DNA of 64,000 nucleotides from an uncultured Spirochaetota bacterium (GCA_963745235.1 CAVUXE010000029.1:32001-96000), one strand, 5' to 3'; positions 10,312-21,283 are shown, counted from the stretch's first letter. The notes: generated by a model from the sequence alone, not told the origin. A program made the numbers and translations.

Positions 10312-11829
10312 ATGGTGGCAGACATCATCTGCAGGGTCGATAACATTACCAAGTCGTTTGTCGGCGTGACTGCGCTGAAGGACATAAGCTTCGATGTGAG
10401 GAAAGGAGAAATCCACGCTATAGTAGGGGAAAATGGAGCCGGCAAGTCGACGCTCATGAACATCCTCTCCGGCGTCTACCATCCCGACGAAGGTCACGTC
10501 TATTTCGGCGGGCAGCTGGTACGGCTGAAGGATCCGCGGCAGGCACAGCGCATCGGCATCGCAATGATTCACCAGGAGTTGTCGTTGTGCCGATCCATGA
10601 GCGTCGCGGAGAACGTCTTCCAGGGGCGGATGCTGAAGAATGTCTTTGGATTCATCGATCGCCGACGAATGGCTTCGGAGTGCAGGACCTACCTCGGCTC
10701 TCTGGGCGTCGAGGACATCGATCCGAATATCCTCGTCAAGCAGTTGAGCGTCTCACAGATGCAGCTGGTGGAGATAGCGAAGGCGGTCTCCCTGAAGGCG
10801 CGCCTGCTGATGATGGACGAGCCCACCTCGTCCCTGACCACGAAGGAAATCGCTGTCCTGATGAGCATCATGAGATCCCTGAAGAGCGAGGGCGTGTCGA
10901 TCCTGTTCATCACGCACAAGCTCGAAGAAGTGCTCGACGTCGCGGACAGGATAACCGTCCTGCGCGACGGTCACTACGTCGATACGCGGGAAACCAGAGA
11001 CACGACCATCGACCACCTGGTGTCGCTGATGGTCGGCCGGGATTTCGAGCGCAAGGCCCACAGGCAGTTCTTCAGTGACTATGCGGGCCGGGAGGTCGTT
11101 CTCGAGGTCGACGGATTCAACGTGGGAAACCGGGTGAAAGACGCGAGCTTCACGCTGTACAAGGGCGAGGTCCTGGGATTGACGGGCCTCGTCGGTGCAG
11201 GCCGCACGGAGCTGCTCCAGGGCATCTTCGGTATGGACAGGGATGTATCCGGCGTGGTCCGCGTCAACGGGAAGCCCGTCACGATCCGTCACCCTGCTGA
11301 TGCAATCCGATTCGGCATCGGGATGGTTCCGGAGGGCCGGAAGGAACAGGGCATGTTCCTGAAGCTCTCCGTCCTGGACAATATGACCATGGTGCATCTC
11401 CGGGAGCTCGCCAACAGGCTGACGCTGATCTATCGGAGAAAGCGCGAGAGAGCCGCCGCCGAGTACGTCGACCACCTTTCCATCAAGACCCCCAGCCTCG
11501 CGCAGATCTCGCAGAACTTGAGCGGCGGCAATCAGCAGAAAACCATCATCGCCCGGTGGCTCATGCACAGGCCGCATATCCTGTTCCTGGATGAGCCGAC
11601 GCACGGGATCGACGTGGGTGCGAAGATGGAGATCTACCACATCATCGACGAGTTATCGAAAAACGGGGTGTCGGTCATCCTGATTTCCTCGGAGCTGCCG
11701 GAGGTCCTGAACCTCTGCGACAGGATCATGGTCATGCATCACGGAGAAATTCGCGGAACCCTGCTCCACAGTGAGGCTGACCAGGTGAAGATCATGAGGC
11801 TCACGCTCGAAGACAAGAAGACAACCTGA
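10312..11829 (+). CDS. Sugar ABC transporter ATP-binding protein (RbsA-like, double domain)
   Basis: GENGAGKST, MDEPTSSL, LSGGNQQK and LDEPTHGIDVGAK. Confidence 0.95.
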   Translation: MVADIICRVDNITKSFVGVTALKDISFDVRKGEIHAIVGENGAGKSTLMNILSGVYHPDEGHVYFGGQLVRLKDPRQAQRIGIAMIHQELSLCRSMSVAENVFQGRMLKNVFGFIDRRRMASECRTYLGSLGVEDIDPNILVKQLSVSQMQLVEIAKAVSLKARLLMMDEPTSSLTTKEIAVLMSIMRSLKSEGVSILFITHKLEEVLDVADRITVLRDGHYVDTRETRDTTIDHLVSLMVGRDFERKAHRQFFSDYAGREVVLEVDGFNVGNRVKDASFTLYKGEVLGLTGLVGAGRTELLQGIFGMDRDVSGVVRVNGKPVTIRHPADAIRFGIGMVPEGRKEQGMFLKLSVLDNMTMVHLRELANRLTLIYRRKRERAAAEYVDHLSIKTPSLAQISQNLSGGNQQKTIIARWLMHRPHILFLDEPTHGIDVGAKMEIYHIIDELSKNGVSVILISSELPEVLNLCDRIMVMHHGEIRGTLLHSEADQVKIMRLTLEDKKTT

Positions 11830-11830
11830 C

Positions 11831-12598
11831 TCACAATTGAGCCACGATCACTTCGATGTCCTTCTCCCTGTACTGGTCCAGAAGCTCTGGATCCGCGTTT
11901 GAGTCCGTGATGATCTTGTCAATCTTGTCGATCGATACGTTGGGATAGAGACCCGAGGTCGCGAACTTCGTGAAATCCGCCAGCAGGATGACCTCATTCG
12001 CACGATCCGCCATGAGGGACTTCATCTGCGCCTCGAGAAGGTCTCCGTTGCTCAGACCGCGCTGGATGTCTATGCCTTGCGTTCCGAGGATGCATTTGTC
12101 GGGATGAAACCGCGACGCGATCTCCTCGGCCAGGGGCCCTGCAAAACAATCATTGGGGCGATGGAGCAGCCCCCCAACACTCATGAGCTCGATACGCGTG
12201 TTGGAAAGCACAGCGATGATGGGAAGCGAGAAGGTGACCACCGTCAGGTTTGTGAAATGGATCAGCTCCCGGGCAAATATGGCACACGTGGTTCCGTGAT
12301 CAATGAACATCGAATCACACTCTTTGATTAGCTCCCGCGCTTTTGCCGCAATTCCTTCCTTCTCCCTCATGTGCTGTTCCATTCGAAGCGAGAAGCTGGT
12401 CACCGCGGCCGAGGGGCGGTACAAATCAGTCGCGCCGCCGAAGTGCTTCTTGATTGCCAGGGTCTTGTCGAGGAAGCTCAAATCCCGTCGTATCGTCATT
12501 TCCGAGACATAGAGCGCGTGACTGAGCTCCTTGACGCTCATGGCCCCTCGCTGCCGGACCATGTCAACGATTCTGTTTCGTCTTTCGTCTACCAGCAT
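11831..12598 (-). CDS. DeoR/GlpR family transcriptional regulator
   Basis: ERRNRI..VSEMTIRRDL HTH and sensor domain (IDHGTT, LADFTKF). Confidence 0.95.
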   Translation of the reverse strand: MLVDERRNRIVDMVRQRGAMSVKELSHALYVSEMTIRRDLSFLDKTLAIKKHFGGATDLYRPSAAVTSFSLRMEQHMREKEGIAAKARELIKECDSMFIDHGTTCAIFARELIHFTNLTVVTFSLPIIAVLSNTRIELMSVGGLLHRPNDCFAGPLAEEIASRFHPDKCILGTQGIDIQRGLSNGDLLEAQMKSLMADRANEVILLADFTKFATSGLYPNVSIDKIDKIITDSNADPELLDQYREKDIEVIVAQL

Positions 12599-12779
12599 CT
12601 CGCACCCGCCTCTTGGTCAAATTGTAACAACATCGCCCATAATAACACAACTAGCATCGAGTGCCAACACGGGCCAGTTAGCCGACAGATTCTGGATTTT
12701 GAGCATGTTTTTTCATTTGGCAGACCGAATTTGGCTCATTTGCTGTCAATTGTGTTGCGTTCGACCTGATCTTTTCTGT

Positions 12780-12808
12780 TTGACTTTGTAATCCTCATGT
12801 GATAAAGT
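12780..12808 (+). promoter_or_regulatory. Sigma-70 promoter for the substrate-binding protein gene
   Basis: TTGACT-17 bp-TAAAGT in the AT-rich divergent intergenic region. Confidence 0.55.
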
Positions 12809-13010
12809 GATTGAACCTTCACAGAGTCAATACATGCCACCCACTTGAGGTACTAGCCTTGTGTGGCAAGAAAGGAGGGGAGAGCGCAGAGACAGCCGAG
12901 ATAGAGAGCGTCTGAACCGCACAGTAAGTATTCCGTCAGCACGGGCTGACCGGGCCGGGCGGGAAGGAAGAGCCTGCCTAGCACGAACAGGCAATCGAAG
13001 GAGGAAAAGG

Positions 13011-14052
13011 ATGAAAAGGTTTCTCGTGGGTGCTTTGTTGGTGGCTGTTCTTGTTTCTGTTCCGTTCATCGCTTTCGCAGCAGGATCTAAAGAACAAGCC
13101 GGTGGCACAAGTTTCGTTCCTGCTGCTCAGCTGAAGGCTCCCCCGGGGGCAAGCATGTATGTGCTTCCTGCAGACGTCAGGCCTGCGAAGCAGATCCGCA
13201 TAGCAACCATCATGGTCCAGAATAACCCATTTGGTGAAGCTGTCATGAGGGGAACGCTGTTTGCCCGGGAGGTTCTCAAGGACAGGAACACCAAGGTCGA
13301 CTGGATTTCCGTTCCGGATTTCGACCCGAAGAAATTTGAAGATGCGATGCAGAACTCGATCACTGCTCAATACGACGCAATCACGCTGTTCGGCCTCTCT
13401 GACGCTCTTCGAGCCGGTCGTCGACAAGGCAGTCGCCGCCGGCATCCTTGTTTATACTTTCAACACGGAGCCCGGCTTGCATTCGAAGAGGCAGGCGTAC
13501 TGGGGTCAGGACGGTTTTGCGGGCGGTCAGAAATGCGGCCAGCTGCTGATGGACGCAATGGGTGGTGAAGGAGAGTATGCAATCATCACCGGTTCGTTCA
13601 ACGTTCTGGGCCACGAGCTGCGGCGCAAAGGCGCCCGTGACGTCCTGGACAAGAATCCCAAGATGAAGCTGATCGGGGAGTTCGAGAACCAGGACAAGGC
13701 AGAGGAAGCGTACAACATCACGCAGAACCTTCTGACGTCCCACCCGAATATCAAGGGGATCTACGTCACAGCGGGCGGGCCCTTCGGAGCCGCCAAGGCG
13801 ATCAAGGACGCGAGTCTCACCGGGAAGGTGAAGCTCGTATGCCATGACTGGATGGCTGAGACCGGCTGGGCGTATGTACGCTCGGGAAGGTGACGGCTCC
13901 ACTCGATGAGGATCCCTTCAACCAGGGGTATGCTCCGTTGTTTCCGCATTCAACAAGCTCGCCGCCAATATCGATCCGAAAGAGATCAACTGGTTCCCGG
14001 GAGATGTCGCAACTCCCCAGAACGTGGAACAGAAGGCCCCGCCACAAAATAA
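13011..14052 (+). CDS. Sugar ABC transporter substrate-binding protein (frameshifted; end approximate)
   Basis: Signal MKRFLVGALLVAVL..AFAAGSKE, then NNPFG, GQDGFAGG, HELRRKG and LVCHD, typical of type-I periplasmic binding proteins. Confidence 0.85.
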
Positions 14053-14160
14053 CAGGTCTCTCAAAGCAGGGCAGCGTCTCGTGCGCTGCCCTCTCTTTCA
14101 AGATTCTCACCACTGAGACTGACCGCGTGTTCCGGGAGCCTGAACATCACAGGAGGACTG

Positions 14161-14802
14161 ATGGACTTCGACGCGGCTGAAATGTGTCGGATGATCAATG
14201 TGAGCGCCGTTCGAACGGAGGATTCGGAGCAGCAAGTGCGCAGCATGGCGGCAACGGCTGTCAAACACCGCTGCGCGGCGGTCTTCGCCCTTCTTTTGTG
14301 GACTCTTCTCGTCATCGAGCTCCTCCGCGGTGCCACGGCCGTTGCGGTCGGCGGCGCGATCGGGTTCCCCTCGGGAGGGCAGACGACTCGGACCAAGGCC
14401 TTTGAGACCAGGGGAGCTCCATGAATTGGGATGCACCGAGTTCGACATGGTCATCAACATCGGGAAGCGCATCTCGGGTCGATGCGATGAGGTCCGTGAC
14501 GACATCTGCTCCGTTGCGTCCGAAGCTCAGGGCTTTCCCGTCAAGGTAATCCTTGAATGTCATTACCTGACCGATGACCAGATCCTGCTGGGCTGTGACA
14601 TGTCCATCGAAGCCGTGGCGTGATTCTTGGGTCTAAAACTGGAACGGGGCTTGCGCCCTCGGGTGCAACGCTGGAGAACATCGCCCTTATCAAGAGGCAC
14701 GTCGGAGACGCCATCGGCGTGAAGGCTGCCGGGGGCGTGCGCGGCCGGGAGACTTTCATTGAGATGTACAGACGAGGCGCGCGCAGGTTTGGGCTGAGCT
14801 AG
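14161..14802 (+). CDS. deoC: Deoxyribose-phosphate aldolase-like protein (heavily frameshifted)
   Basis: IGFPSG, EFDMVINIG, VKVILECHYL, KTGTG and GVKAAGGVR in three frames. Confidence 0.75.
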
Positions 14803-14868
14803 CTGGGCGCGGGCGAGTTGCTCGAGCAGGCGCAGGCTCTTCAATCGGGCGTCATGGAGTTCGAGACT

Positions 14869-15993
14869 TCAAGGAGCCCGATGTTCCATGGCTGTTCGGT
14901 ACACCGCGTAGAAGTTTTCCAGAGGCACATCCTCCATGAAATGGTTGGATGGCGCGAAGATATAGCCGCCGCCCTTTGCAAATGAATCGATCCTCCGTTT
15001 CGCCTCGTCGATCGCTTCCTGACGGCTTCCCGTGATCCCGCCGTGCTGGATATCGAGCCCGCCGTGAAAGACGATCTCGGACCCGAACTCCCGCTTTAGC
15101 TCGACTGAGTCCATGCCCGCGGCTCTGGGCTGGAGAGAGTTCAGAACATCCACGCCCATGTCGATGAACTCGGGGATGAGCTCCCTTTTATACCCGCAGC
15201 TGTGCAGCCAGATCTTCGCATGTGGAGCGGCTTTCTTCACGTCTCTGAACACTCTCGCATACGGCCCCTTGAAGAACTTTCGATAGAGGGGCTTCGAGAG
15301 ACCAGCGGTCGATCCTGCATGCCGTGATCGCTCGAGAACTCGATCCATCCGATGTACGGGGCAATTGGTCCGAGGTAATAGAGGTACCACTTGGTGATGA
15401 TGACCGCGATCCGGCCAACCAGCCTATGGGCAAATCGTTGGTTCAGATACAAGTCCATCATGAACTGTCGAACCGGGAGGTATTGGCCGTACTCCAGCAT
15501 CATTCCCGAGAGCGCGCTCGTTGCTCCGACAAAACAATCGGTCGATTCAGCGATTTTTCTTGCCTTGTCCGCGAGCCCCTCGATGCGGCCTGATCCGCCA
15601 CCCACGGCCAGGGATGCCTGTCGATATCCCCTGCCTCCGTGGCGGATGCCAGAGGGGAGAACGTCACAACGGATGAGCCGGCCACTTCGCGTGTGCCATA
15701 CCCCCATTCGGTGATCCTGTCGCCCTGCGCGTTCGTCGAAGGGGTGAAAGACCTGGGGTGCCCGATATCCAGATGCCGGAAGTCCGAATCCACCAGAACG
15801 TCGACCCTTCGTCGACGTAGTCGCCGGACCTGCTCGCCTTGACGCATGGTCCCAGTCCCTTCCAACCCTGGTCCTCGACTATCTTGAAATAGAGCTCATT
15901 GCAGATCCGGCTTGCGGAGCCCCAGATGTCGACAGGCACCCGGTCCGCCTCTTTGTGCGCCAGCGCCGCCTCTACCCGTTCTTTGTGAGTCAT
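14869..15993 (-). CDS. Uroporphyrinogen decarboxylase / MtaA-CmuA family protein (frameshifted)
   Basis: MTHKERVEAALAHKEADRVPVD, EWGYG, HPWP, LHSCG, NSLQP and GGGYIFAPSNH across ORFs 15664..15993, 15500..15865, 15237..15707 and 14869..15390. Confidence 0.8.
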
Positions 15994-15997
15994 GACT

Positions 15998-17538
15998 TCA
16001 TAGATCTATCGTGTTCATCATTTCGCCGATTTCAAGAAGCTTGTCCGTCGCGAATTGATGTACCGGAAGGAGCTTTTCGTATTTGCGGGTGTTCTCCGCA
16101 ATTGGATGGGTGACCTCCACGGTCTTGGTGATGGCATCGACCATCGAGAACCCGTCCCATATCCCGGTTCCCACCGCTCCAACGGTGGCAGCGCCGAGAG
16201 CAGCCGCTTCCTGTCCGACGCTTGTGAGAATAATGGATGTCTTGTAGACATCGGCGAAGATCTGCCGCCAGAGCGCGCCTTTGCTGCCTCCCCCGACAAT
16301 GCGCATCTCGTCTGCCTGGACTCCCATGCGCCGAAACACATCGAGGACCATGCGGAGATCCATGGCGATGCCTTCAAGGGTGGCTCGGATGAGATCCGCC
16401 TTCGTGTGAGAGAGTGAGAGTCCCAGGTAGGCTCCTCGGATGTTCGGAGAAGGATGGATCGTCGAACCGCCCATGAGGCTTGGGTTGAACAACAGCTTGT
16501 TCGAGCCGACGGGAGATCTGAGCGCTTCCTTTTCCATCACGGCATAGGTGTCCATGTCGAGGATCTGACTCGCGAGCGTCTCGTCCCTAACACGGTGTTT
16601 CGCAGCCATTGAAAGGCGCCCCCCGCAGAGTAGATTGACACGGTGGAATTGAACATTTGCGGAATGACATGGGCATAGCAGTATGGCTTGGTTGCGTCGT
16701 CGATCAGAGGCTTGTCGGCCGCGCATGAGATCCACGACGAGGAACCCACGTAATTGTCGACCCTGTCTGGCCTGAAGGTGCCGGCCCCCAGGGCTGTGCA
16801 GGAGCCGTCATAACCGCCGCATACCACCGGGATACCCTTCACGAGCCCGAGCTCCGTCGCGGCTCCGGGCACCAGCTCCCCAAGCACCGTCGTCGAAGGG
16901 CAGAGGTCGGGAAACTTCTCCATTGGCAGGCCGGCTGCCTCCATTAGCCTCTCAGAGTATGCCCCCCGTTCCAGGTCATAGACTCCCGAGAAGGATGCGT
17001 CAGAGAAGTCCGACCGGATGACGCCGGTGAGCCTCATGTTTATGAAATCCTTTGTGCCGATGAACTTGTAGGTGTTGCGGAACAACTCGCGTTCATTGTC
17101 CCTGTGCCACATGATCTTGAAGGCCGCGTGATTCTCAGCCCGTAGAGCATTGCCGGTCAGCCGGTACCAGGTGATGAAGTCGACTTTCTCGAGGAACTTG
17201 CGCGCCTGCGACAAGGCCCTGCTGTCAGACCAAAGCAGGGTCTTTCCTCTGAGGAGTGTCCCCTTTTTGTCCACGGGGACAACCCCGATCCCATGACCCG
17301 AGATGCAGATGCACCCGATCGAATCAGGGCGGATTTCCGTCTTTGTCATAAGGAGCCGGGTACTGTTTTTGATGGACTCCCACCAGTCCATTGGCGAGTG
17401 CTCGGCCCAGCCGGGCTGAGGGTAGTATGTGTCATACGGGCAGAACGATGTGCTGAGCAGCTCTCCCTGGCTGCTGTAAATGACGGACTTGTTGCCGCCG
17501 GTTCCGAGATCGAAGGCGAGAATGTGACCCTTGCTCAC
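15998..17538 (-). CDS. Second FGGY-family carbohydrate kinase, frameshifted near 16560-16600
   Basis: AFDLGTGGNK, ISGHG, WSDSRA, CGGYDGSC and VGGGSKG. Paralogous to 3478..5009 (both share KLLFNPSL.GGS..PSP.IRGA). Confidence 0.88.
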
Positions 17539-17910
17539 GAGGCCCTCCCAAGTCACCTTACCATCAAGGAGGCGGAAGTCAAGTTTTTTGCGCTGCTACT
17601 CCCGCGGGGTTTCGACTGGATAGGGCTTGCCTTTACACCACGGTAGCCTATGTAAGGTCACCGCTCCCAGCATTATCCTTGGCCTGATCGGTGCCTTCCC
17701 GGGGCCAAAAGAGATGCTGGCAAGGATGGTGGGCCGCATCTGCCGCGCACGAGCTCTGCCGCACGCTCAGCCTGGGGGAATTCCATGCTGAGCTTCATAG
17801 TCGATCCCGAGCTCCTTGGGCATCGCGGGGGAAACCGATCCGAAGATCTGGGGCGCGCCGCCGCGCCGCGGAGGCCCGCAACGGCATCACCGTTCCCCCG
17901 ATCGCCATTT

Positions 17911-17936
17911 TCAGCATCACCAAATGGGTGCAACCT
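17911..17936 (+). repeat. Direct repeat copy 2 (TCAGCATCACCAAATGGGTGCAACCT), possibly the end of a second decayed IS91-like remnant
   Basis: Near-identical to 3308..3332. The adjacent 17790-17850 shows weak similarity to 3220-3290. Confidence 0.75.
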
Positions 17937-18012
17937 GCGGTAGGCAGGCAGGCAGGTGCACTCGCTCGGCTATTGACCCGCCCTCTCTGTGCTGTCACTT
18001 TGCTGTTGTTAG

Positions 18013-18864
18013 ATGGAGCACTTCGCTCAGCGTTCCTCCGTTGAAGCCCTTGCAGTCCTGATGCGCGGCAAACTGACCGTCGTGCTCAGCGGTGCGGGGC
18101 TGAGCACAGAATCCGGCATCCCCGATTACCGGGGCCCGAGCGCCGTCGCCAGGCGCACCAGGCCCATTTACTATCGCGAGTTCGTCGGGAACGAGGTTCT
18201 GCGTGCCAGGTATTGGGCGCGGAGCGCGGTCGGGTGGCCGCGAGTCTCCGCGGCCCTGCCGAACCCCGGGCATAGGGCGATAGCCCGAATGGAGCACGCA
18301 GGCGCGGTGAGCGGAGTGATCACGCAGAACGTGGACCGGCTTCACCAGGCCGCGGGAAGCAGCAACCTGCTGGAGCTGCACGGCGCCCTGGCGGAGGTGG
18401 TGTGCCTGAGCTGCGGCGCGCGCGAGCATCGGCAGGCGCTCCAGGAGCGCATCCTGGCCTTGAACCCCGGCTGGGCAGACGGTCCGTTTCGCGCCGCCGC
18501 TTCCGCTCCGGACGGTGATGCGCAGATCGATGTTCCCCCCGACGGATCCTTCCGCGTTCCTGCCTGCCTGCGCTGCGGCGGAATGCTCAAGCCTGACGTG
18601 ATCTTCTTTGGTGAGAACGTTCCCCGCTCCCGGGTCGAGCGGGCTCGTCTCATGCTGCATGAAGCAGAGGCGCTCCTGGTTGTCGGTTCCTCCCTCGCCG
18701 TCTACTCCGGATATCGATTCGTCGCGCAGGCATCCCAGGATTCCAAGCCGGTGGCCATCATCAACCTCGGGCCAAGCCGCGGTGACCCTCTTGCCGACAT
18801 CCGCATCGAGGCGCGGCTTGGTGAGGCCTTGCCGCTTTTGTCCTCCCTGCTCGTCGACGTTTGA
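18013..18864 (+). CDS. NAD-dependent protein deacylase, sirtuin (class II/SIRT4-like)
   Basis: GAGLSTESGIPDYRG, ITQNVDRLH, ELHG, two CxxC, APDGDA and LKPDVIFFGE. Confidence 0.92.
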   Translation: MEHFAQRSSVEALAVLMRGKLTVVLSGAGLSTESGIPDYRGPSAVARRTRPIYYREFVGNEVLRARYWARSAVGWPRVSAALPNPGHRAIARMEHAGAVSGVITQNVDRLHQAAGSSNLLELHGALAEVVCLSCGAREHRQALQERILALNPGWADGPFRAAASAPDGDAQIDVPPDGSFRVPACLRCGGMLKPDVIFFGENVPRSRVERARLMLHEAEALLVVGSSLAVYSGYRFVAQASQDSKPVAIINLGPSRGDPLADIRIEARLGEALPLLSSLLVDV

Positions 18865-18942
18865 CGGCCCGCGGACACGGGCGCTCTCCGGACACTGCTG
18901 TTCTTGACGCCCCCGGAACCGCCGGATAGAGTACCTTCAATT

Positions 18943-21132
18943 ATGGAAAGACGCCTGATCACCTCCGCGCTTCCCTACGTGAACAACATTCCCCACCTCG
19001 GGAACCTCATCCAGGTGCTGTCCGCGGACGTTTTTGCCCGCTACTGCCGGCTTGCCGGGTACGAGACGCTCTACATTTGCGGGACCGACGAGTACGGCAC
19101 CGCAACGGAGACAAAGGCGCTGGAGGAAGGGATCACGCCTCGCGAGCTGTGCGACCGCTACCACGCCGTGCATCGCGACATTTACGCGTGGTTCAACATC
19201 GCCTTCGATCATTTTGGACGCACCTCCGTGCCGGTCCATACGGAGACGACTCAGCACATCTTCCTGAAGCTCCATGAAAACGGCTACATCACGCAGCACG
19301 TGCTGCGCCAGCCCTACTGCGAGAACGACCAGCGTTTCCTGGCGGACCGCTATGTCCTGGGGACCTGCCCGCATTGCGGCTACCCGGACGCCCGTGGGGA
19401 CCAGTGCGAAAACTGCGGGAAGCTGCTCGATCCCACCGAGCTCATCGAGCCCCGCTGCAGCGTCTGCGGAACGAAGCCGGTGATCCGTGAGACCACGCAT
19501 CTTTTCATCGACCTCCTCGCGCTGCTTCCGAAGCTGCGCAACTGGATTGAGTCAGCCGCGGAGAAGGGTTTCTGGGCGCGCAACGCGGTCCAGATGACGT
19601 ACGCCTGGATGCGGGATGGCCTGAAGGAACGCGCCATCACGCGCGACCTGAAGTGGGGCATCCCCGTGCCGCTGGACGGCTTCCGCAACAAGGTGTTCTA
19701 CGTGTGGTTCGACGCCTGCATCGGGTACATCTCCATCACGGCGGAGCACACCCCGAATGACTGGAAGAGCTGGTGGTACGCGCCGGAGTCTGTGAAGCTC
19801 TTCCAGTTCATTGGCAAGGACAATATTCCCTTCCACACGGTCATCTTTCCTTCCAGCCTGCTGGGGACCGGGGAAAACTGGACCACGCTGTACCACATGT
19901 CATCCACCGAGTACCTGAACTACGAAGGCGGGAAGTTTTCCAAGAGCAAGGGAATCGGCGTTTTCGGATCCGATGCAAAGGACACCGGGATTCCCGCCGA
20001 TGTATGGAGGTTCTACGTCTATTACAACAGGCCCGAGAGATCGGACGCGCTGTTCACGTGGAAAGACTTCCAGGAAAAGGTGAACGCGGAGCTCATTGGC
20101 AACCTCGGCAACCTTGTCAACCGGACGCTGCAGTTCGTCAGCAGGTTCTATGACGGGGTGATGCCCGCGGGCACGCCGGATGAAAGCTTCTGGCAGGACG
20201 CAAAGAAAATGGAAGCCGAGATTGCCGCGCTTCTGGAGAAGGTGGAGATCAGGGACGCATTCCGCAGGATATTCACCCTGTCATCCCTGGGGAACAAGCG
20301 CTTCCAGGACGGTGAGCCGTGGAAAGGCGTCAAGGAGAACCCGCAGGCCACCGCCAGCCTCATCTGGAACCTCGTGTACCTGGTCCGGGATCTCGCCATC
20401 CTGGTAAGCCCATATATTCCGTCTACCGCGGAGAAGATCGCGGGAATGCTGGGGGTGCAGAAGCTTGTCTGGGCGGACCTCGGTTCGCTTTCGGGGATCG
20501 AGAAGGTCCAGCGGCCCGAGCTTCTTTTTGCGCGGCTCGAAGACAAGCAGATAGAGGCGCTCCGGCTCAGGTTCTCGGGTACCCAGAGGGAGCGGGAGGC
20601 GGCGGACGCAGCTGCTGCAGAAGCGGGGATACGCGTTCTAACGCCCGCGGAGATTGCTTCCCAATTCCGGCAGAAGGTGGACCTGCGCGCGGCGAAGATC
20701 GTGGAGATCAAGCGGCATCCTGACGCGGAGAAGCTCTACGTCGAGACGGTGGATCTTGGGGCGGAAAGGCGGACCATCGTCTCCGGGCTCGTGCCGCACT
20801 ACAAGGAAGAGGAATTGCTCGGCCATACCGTAGTCCTTGTAGCAAACCTGAAGCCGGCGACCCTTCGAGGAGTGGAAAGCAAGGGAATGCTCCTGGCGGC
20901 CCAGGAGGGCAAGACCGTGGAAGTCCTTTTCATCGACCACGCGCAGCCCGGGGATCGCGTCACCCTGAGGGGTGGTCCCGCGGAAGCCGCTCCCGCGGAG
21001 ATCGATATCGATACCTTCTTCACCATGCCCATCGTGGCGGAGGGCTCGCGCGTGCTGGTCGGTGATGCCGAGCTGGAATGCGGCGGCAGGACGGTCGTCA
21101 CGTCGAAAGTCGCGAAGGGCAGGGTGAAGTAA
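18943..21132 (+). CDS. metG: Methionine--tRNA ligase with C-terminal tRNA-binding domain
   Basis: TSALPYVNNIPHLGN (HIGH), zinc knuckles, KFSKS (KMSKS) and a C-terminal OB fold. Promoter TTGACG-17-TAGAGT at 18904..18932. Confidence 0.97.
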   Translation: MERRLITSALPYVNNIPHLGNLIQVLSADVFARYCRLAGYETLYICGTDEYGTATETKALEEGITPRELCDRYHAVHRDIYAWFNIAFDHFGRTSVPVHTETTQHIFLKLHENGYITQHVLRQPYCENDQRFLADRYVLGTCPHCGYPDARGDQCENCGKLLDPTELIEPRCSVCGTKPVIRETTHLFIDLLALLPKLRNWIESAAEKGFWARNAVQMTYAWMRDGLKERAITRDLKWGIPVPLDGFRNKVFYVWFDACIGYISITAEHTPNDWKSWWYAPESVKLFQFIGKDNIPFHTVIFPSSLLGTGENWTTLYHMSSTEYLNYEGGKFSKSKGIGVFGSDAKDTGIPADVWRFYVYYNRPERSDALFTWKDFQEKVNAELIGNLGNLVNRTLQFVSRFYDGVMPAGTPDESFWQDAKKMEAEIAALLEKVEIRDAFRRIFTLSSLGNKRFQDGEPWKGVKENPQATASLIWNLVYLVRDLAILVSPYIPSTAEKIAGMLGVQKLVWADLGSLSGIEKVQRPELLFARLEDKQIEALRLRFSGTQREREAADAAAAEAGIRVLTPAEIASQFRQKVDLRAAKIVEIKRHPDAEKLYVETVDLGAERRTIVSGLVPHYKEEELLGHTVVLVANLKPATLRGVESKGMLLAAQEGKTVEVLFIDHAQPGDRVTLRGGPAEAAPAEIDIDTFFTMPIVAEGSRVLVGDAELECGGRTVVTSKVAKGRVK

Positions 21133-21283
21133 TCGAGATATCGCTCAGCCCCGCGGCCCTGACCGACCTCGACTCCTCGGAGGAGCTGCTCCAACCGGGT
21201 GGTGGGGCAGCTTCAAGCAATCTCATGGGTGGCGGGCGCATCCGTTCATCGCCACAGCGGCGGGGCAGCGGTTCGGCCTCCTG

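Noticed and set aside
6222-14623. Stop-codon recoding (Sec/Pyl) or programmed frameshifting as the cause of split ORFs
   Set aside because: Breaks are mostly frame changes at arbitrary positions, with no SECIS-like or slippery-site pattern seen.
18013-18864. Sirtuin as an anti-phage SIR2 effector
   Set aside because: Canonical Zn-binding deacylase with no defence partner genes.
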